IMG/VR virus record: IMGVR_UViG_2713896784_000029
DNA length: 38,978 nucleotides
Source: a virus
Taxonomy: Duplodnaviria > Heunggongvirae > Uroviricota > Caudoviricetes
Reading direction: 5' to 3' (one strand)
In this document: piece after piece, positions 37,455 to 38,978 of the stretch
Position numbering within the stretch: the first letter of the stretch is position 1
Layout of the letters: the number at the start of each line of letters is the position of its first letter
Notes under the pieces: model-generated
Told to the model about the DNA's origin: nothing
The model's input: the letters and a program-made list of their open reading frames with translations, nothing else
The model's database searches: none
Made by a program: the position numbers and the translations under genes

Positions 37455-37640
37455 TAGTATCCTGTTGATTTGAAACATACTACATATACGCGTGATCCTA
37501 CCTTCACTGTATAAAAAGTCAATAAAATGATCATTTTATGATCGTTTTCACCACCTAACTCTTCGTTTTCTTTAAGTAAATAATCACCTCCCTGAATCAT
37601 TGTTGATGACTTTTCAATCTATTTGTTGTATCAATTAAAC

Positions 37641-37670
37641 AAATCGAATCGATCGTTTTTGTCGATCGAT
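37641..37670. promoter_or_regulatory. mom-operon regulatory palindrome with two GATC (Dam) sites
   Basis: AATCGATCG-TTTTTGT-CGATCGATT inverted repeat about 45-75 bp upstream of com; GATC at 37651-37654 and 37664-37667. Confidence 0.5.
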
Positions 37671-37714
37671 TGCATGAGAAAGGCATCAACAACAAAGCAG
37701 GAGGTTATGCGGTC

Positions 37715-37915
37715 ATGTATCGAAACATACGGTGCCGACACTGCAATAAGCTACTGGCACGGGCCAGTTTCAGTTATCTGGAAGTAAAATGTCCGCGCTG
37801 TAAAACCCTCAATCAAATCACATCTCCGAGCGCCACAGAGCACCCCACATACACAAGGAAATCCTGTCGTGGGGAACAGAAAGCAAGTCACATCCCGAAT
37901 CATCAGCACGCCTGA
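37715..37915 (+). CDS. com: Com zinc-finger translational activator of mom
   Basis: [30 protein letters not shown] parallels Mu Com (IRCKNCNKLL...IRCPRCK); ORF overlaps the mom start as in Mu. Confidence 0.8.
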   Translation: MYRNIRCRHCNKLLARASFSYLEVKCPRCKTLNQITSPSATEHPTYTRKSCRGEQKASHIPNHQHA

Positions 37916-38606
37916 ACTTATTCGCTATAACGACAATATCGTTGGTTATGGCTCCCGTGAGTTGCGGGTTGAGACAATAAGTTGCTGGCTGGCCAGACTG
38001 GTCATCGTCAATAAACATTACAGCCACCGTTTCGTAAATAACTCCTACCTTCATCTGGGCATATTTTCAGAACGGGAACTTGTTGGCGTAATGCAATGGG
38101 GTTACGCCCTTAACCCAAACAGTGGTGCACGCGTCGTAACGGGTACGCAGAACCGAGAATATATGGAGCTTAACCGGCTATGGCTGCATGACTGTATGCC
38201 GAGAAACTCCGAATCAAGGGCAATCAGTTACGCGCTCAAGCTAATCAGGCAGCTTTATCCGCAGGTACAGTGGGTTCAGTCGTTTGCAGATGAGCGTTGT
38301 GGCTGTCTTGGTGTCGTGTATCAGGCAAGCAATTTTGATTATGTAGGCAGCCATGAATCAATATTCTATGAACTTGATGGCGAGTGGTATCACGAGATTT
38401 GCAGGAATGCCATTAAACGAGGCGGACAACGAGGTGAACATCTGAGGGCTAATATTGACAGAGCCAGTGTTCATAAGTTCCGACAGTTTCGTTACATCCG
38501 GTTTCTGAACAAGAGGGCCAGAAAACGCCTCAACACAAAGCTATTCAAAGTCCAGCCTTACCCAAAACCACAAACAGTTAAAACTGGTTTGAAAGAGAGT
38601 GAATGA
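37869..38606 (+). CDS. mom: Mom DNA-modification protein
   Basis: 245-aa ORF immediately downstream of and overlapping com, last gene before the right end, as in Mu; exact start uncertain. Confidence 0.7.
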   Translation: MGNRKQVTSRIISTPELIRYNDNIVGYGSRELRVETISCWLARLVIVNKHYSHRFVNNSYLHLGIFSERELVGVMQWGYALNPNSGARVVTGTQNREYMELNRLWLHDCMPRNSESRAISYALKLIRQLYPQVQWVQSFADERCGCLGVVYQASNFDYVGSHESIFYELDGEWYHEICRNAIKRGGQRGEHLRANIDRASVHKFRQFRYIRFLNKRARKRLNTKLFKVQPYPKPQTVKTGLKESE

Positions 38607-38640
38607 GCGCTTAAAAACTCATTCTAAAACTCAAAAGAAA

Positions 38641-38732
38641 AGCGCCGATTTAGTATCAAATAAGTTGCGTATCGGCGTTTTTCAGCGGTATCAAATGAAA
38701 TGCAAATCGGTATCAAAAAAATCGCCGCGCTA
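38641..38732. repeat. putative prophage right end (attR-like) repeats
   Basis: Three copies of (A/G)GTATCAAA at 38652, 38687, 38710; CGGCGTTTTTC resembles the CGTTTTTCG core of Mu end sites; flanking inverted GCGCCGATTT / AAATCGCCGCGC. Confidence 0.35.
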
Positions 38733-38777
38733 TACTTGCTGCAAGGTTATCCCGCCGTTGAAGCTGCATTAGGTTTT

Positions 38778-38978
38778 ATGCTTCCGGCACTCTTTATGAG
38801 TTTCCTGCTCGCCTCTTTTCAGCGCAAACAATCTCTTTGCGTTACCGCAGCGTTAGTTGGTGCCCTTGCAGGCGTAACGCTATTTTCTATTCCCGTCGCC
38901 ATTCTGGCAGGCATTGTCTGTGGCTGCCTCACTGCGTTAATCCAGGCATTCTGGCAAGGAGCGCCCGATGAGCTATGA
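38778..38978 (+). CDS. small integral membrane protein ORF at window edge (possibly host flank or truncated host gene)
   Basis: Two hydrophobic helices (LPALFMSFLLASF, ALVGALAGVTLFSIPVAILAGIVCGCLTALI); frame is open upstream to 38664; the next ORF starts at an overlapping ATG at the last bases of the window. Confidence 0.3.
   Translation: MLPALFMSFLLASFQRKQSLCVTAALVGALAGVTLFSIPVAILAGIVCGCLTALIQAFWQGAPDEL

Larger units (their letters stand above)
1..38740 (+). mobile_element. Mu-like transposable prophage, nearly complete; left end outside window, right end approximate
   Basis: Collinear Mu gene order: repressor, ner, A, B, gam, gemA, Mor/C, lysis, terminase, portal, F, G, I, T, tail, invertible fibre segment, gin, com, mom. 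Gin, Gam, Ner and Com translations are recognisably similar to Mu proteins recalled from memory. Confidence 0.85.

Noticed and set aside
37136-37600. 154-aa minus-strand ORF in the noncoding stretch before com (contains two CPAC motifs)
   Set aside because: No convincing RBS at either candidate start, overlaps two plus-strand terminator hairpins and the mom regulatory region, AT-rich low-complexity translation; kept only as a remote possibility.
38700-38777. Upstream extension (MQIGIKK...) of the terminal membrane ORF
   Set aside because: Extension overlaps the putative attR repeat region and has no RBS; the true start or host-gene junction cannot be fixed from this window.

Overview
The window is almost entirely one Mu-like transposable prophage of an enterobacterial host, read left to right in Mu gene order; all calls are from reading the sequence and ORF translations by eye, with no database search run. 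Early region: leftward XRE-type repressor, operator region, Ner, DDE transposase A, AAA+ target activator B, a string of small accessory ORFs, Gam, GemA and a Mor/C-family activator. Late region: SAR endolysin with overlapping spanins, terminase small and large subunits, portal, F, G, protease/scaffold I, major head protein, contractile tail (sheath, tube, chaperone, tape measure, baseplate P/Q/V/gp46/gp47/gp48) and a tail fibre whose 3' end lies in an invertible segment next to a Gin-like serine invertase. Between gin and com-mom sits cargo absent from canonical Mu: a 679-aa SASA/SGNH-type esterase (NanS-p-like) plus two small ORFs and two terminators. The left end is outside the window (it opens at the repressor stop); the right end is probably near 38.65-38.74 kb, followed by a membrane-protein ORF that may be host flank. 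The most unusual items are the asymmetric invertible fibre cassette, the esterase cargo island, an AT-rich convergent two-gene insertion before gemA, and a tRNA-like element between F and G. No CRISPR array, rRNA or canonical tRNA was found.
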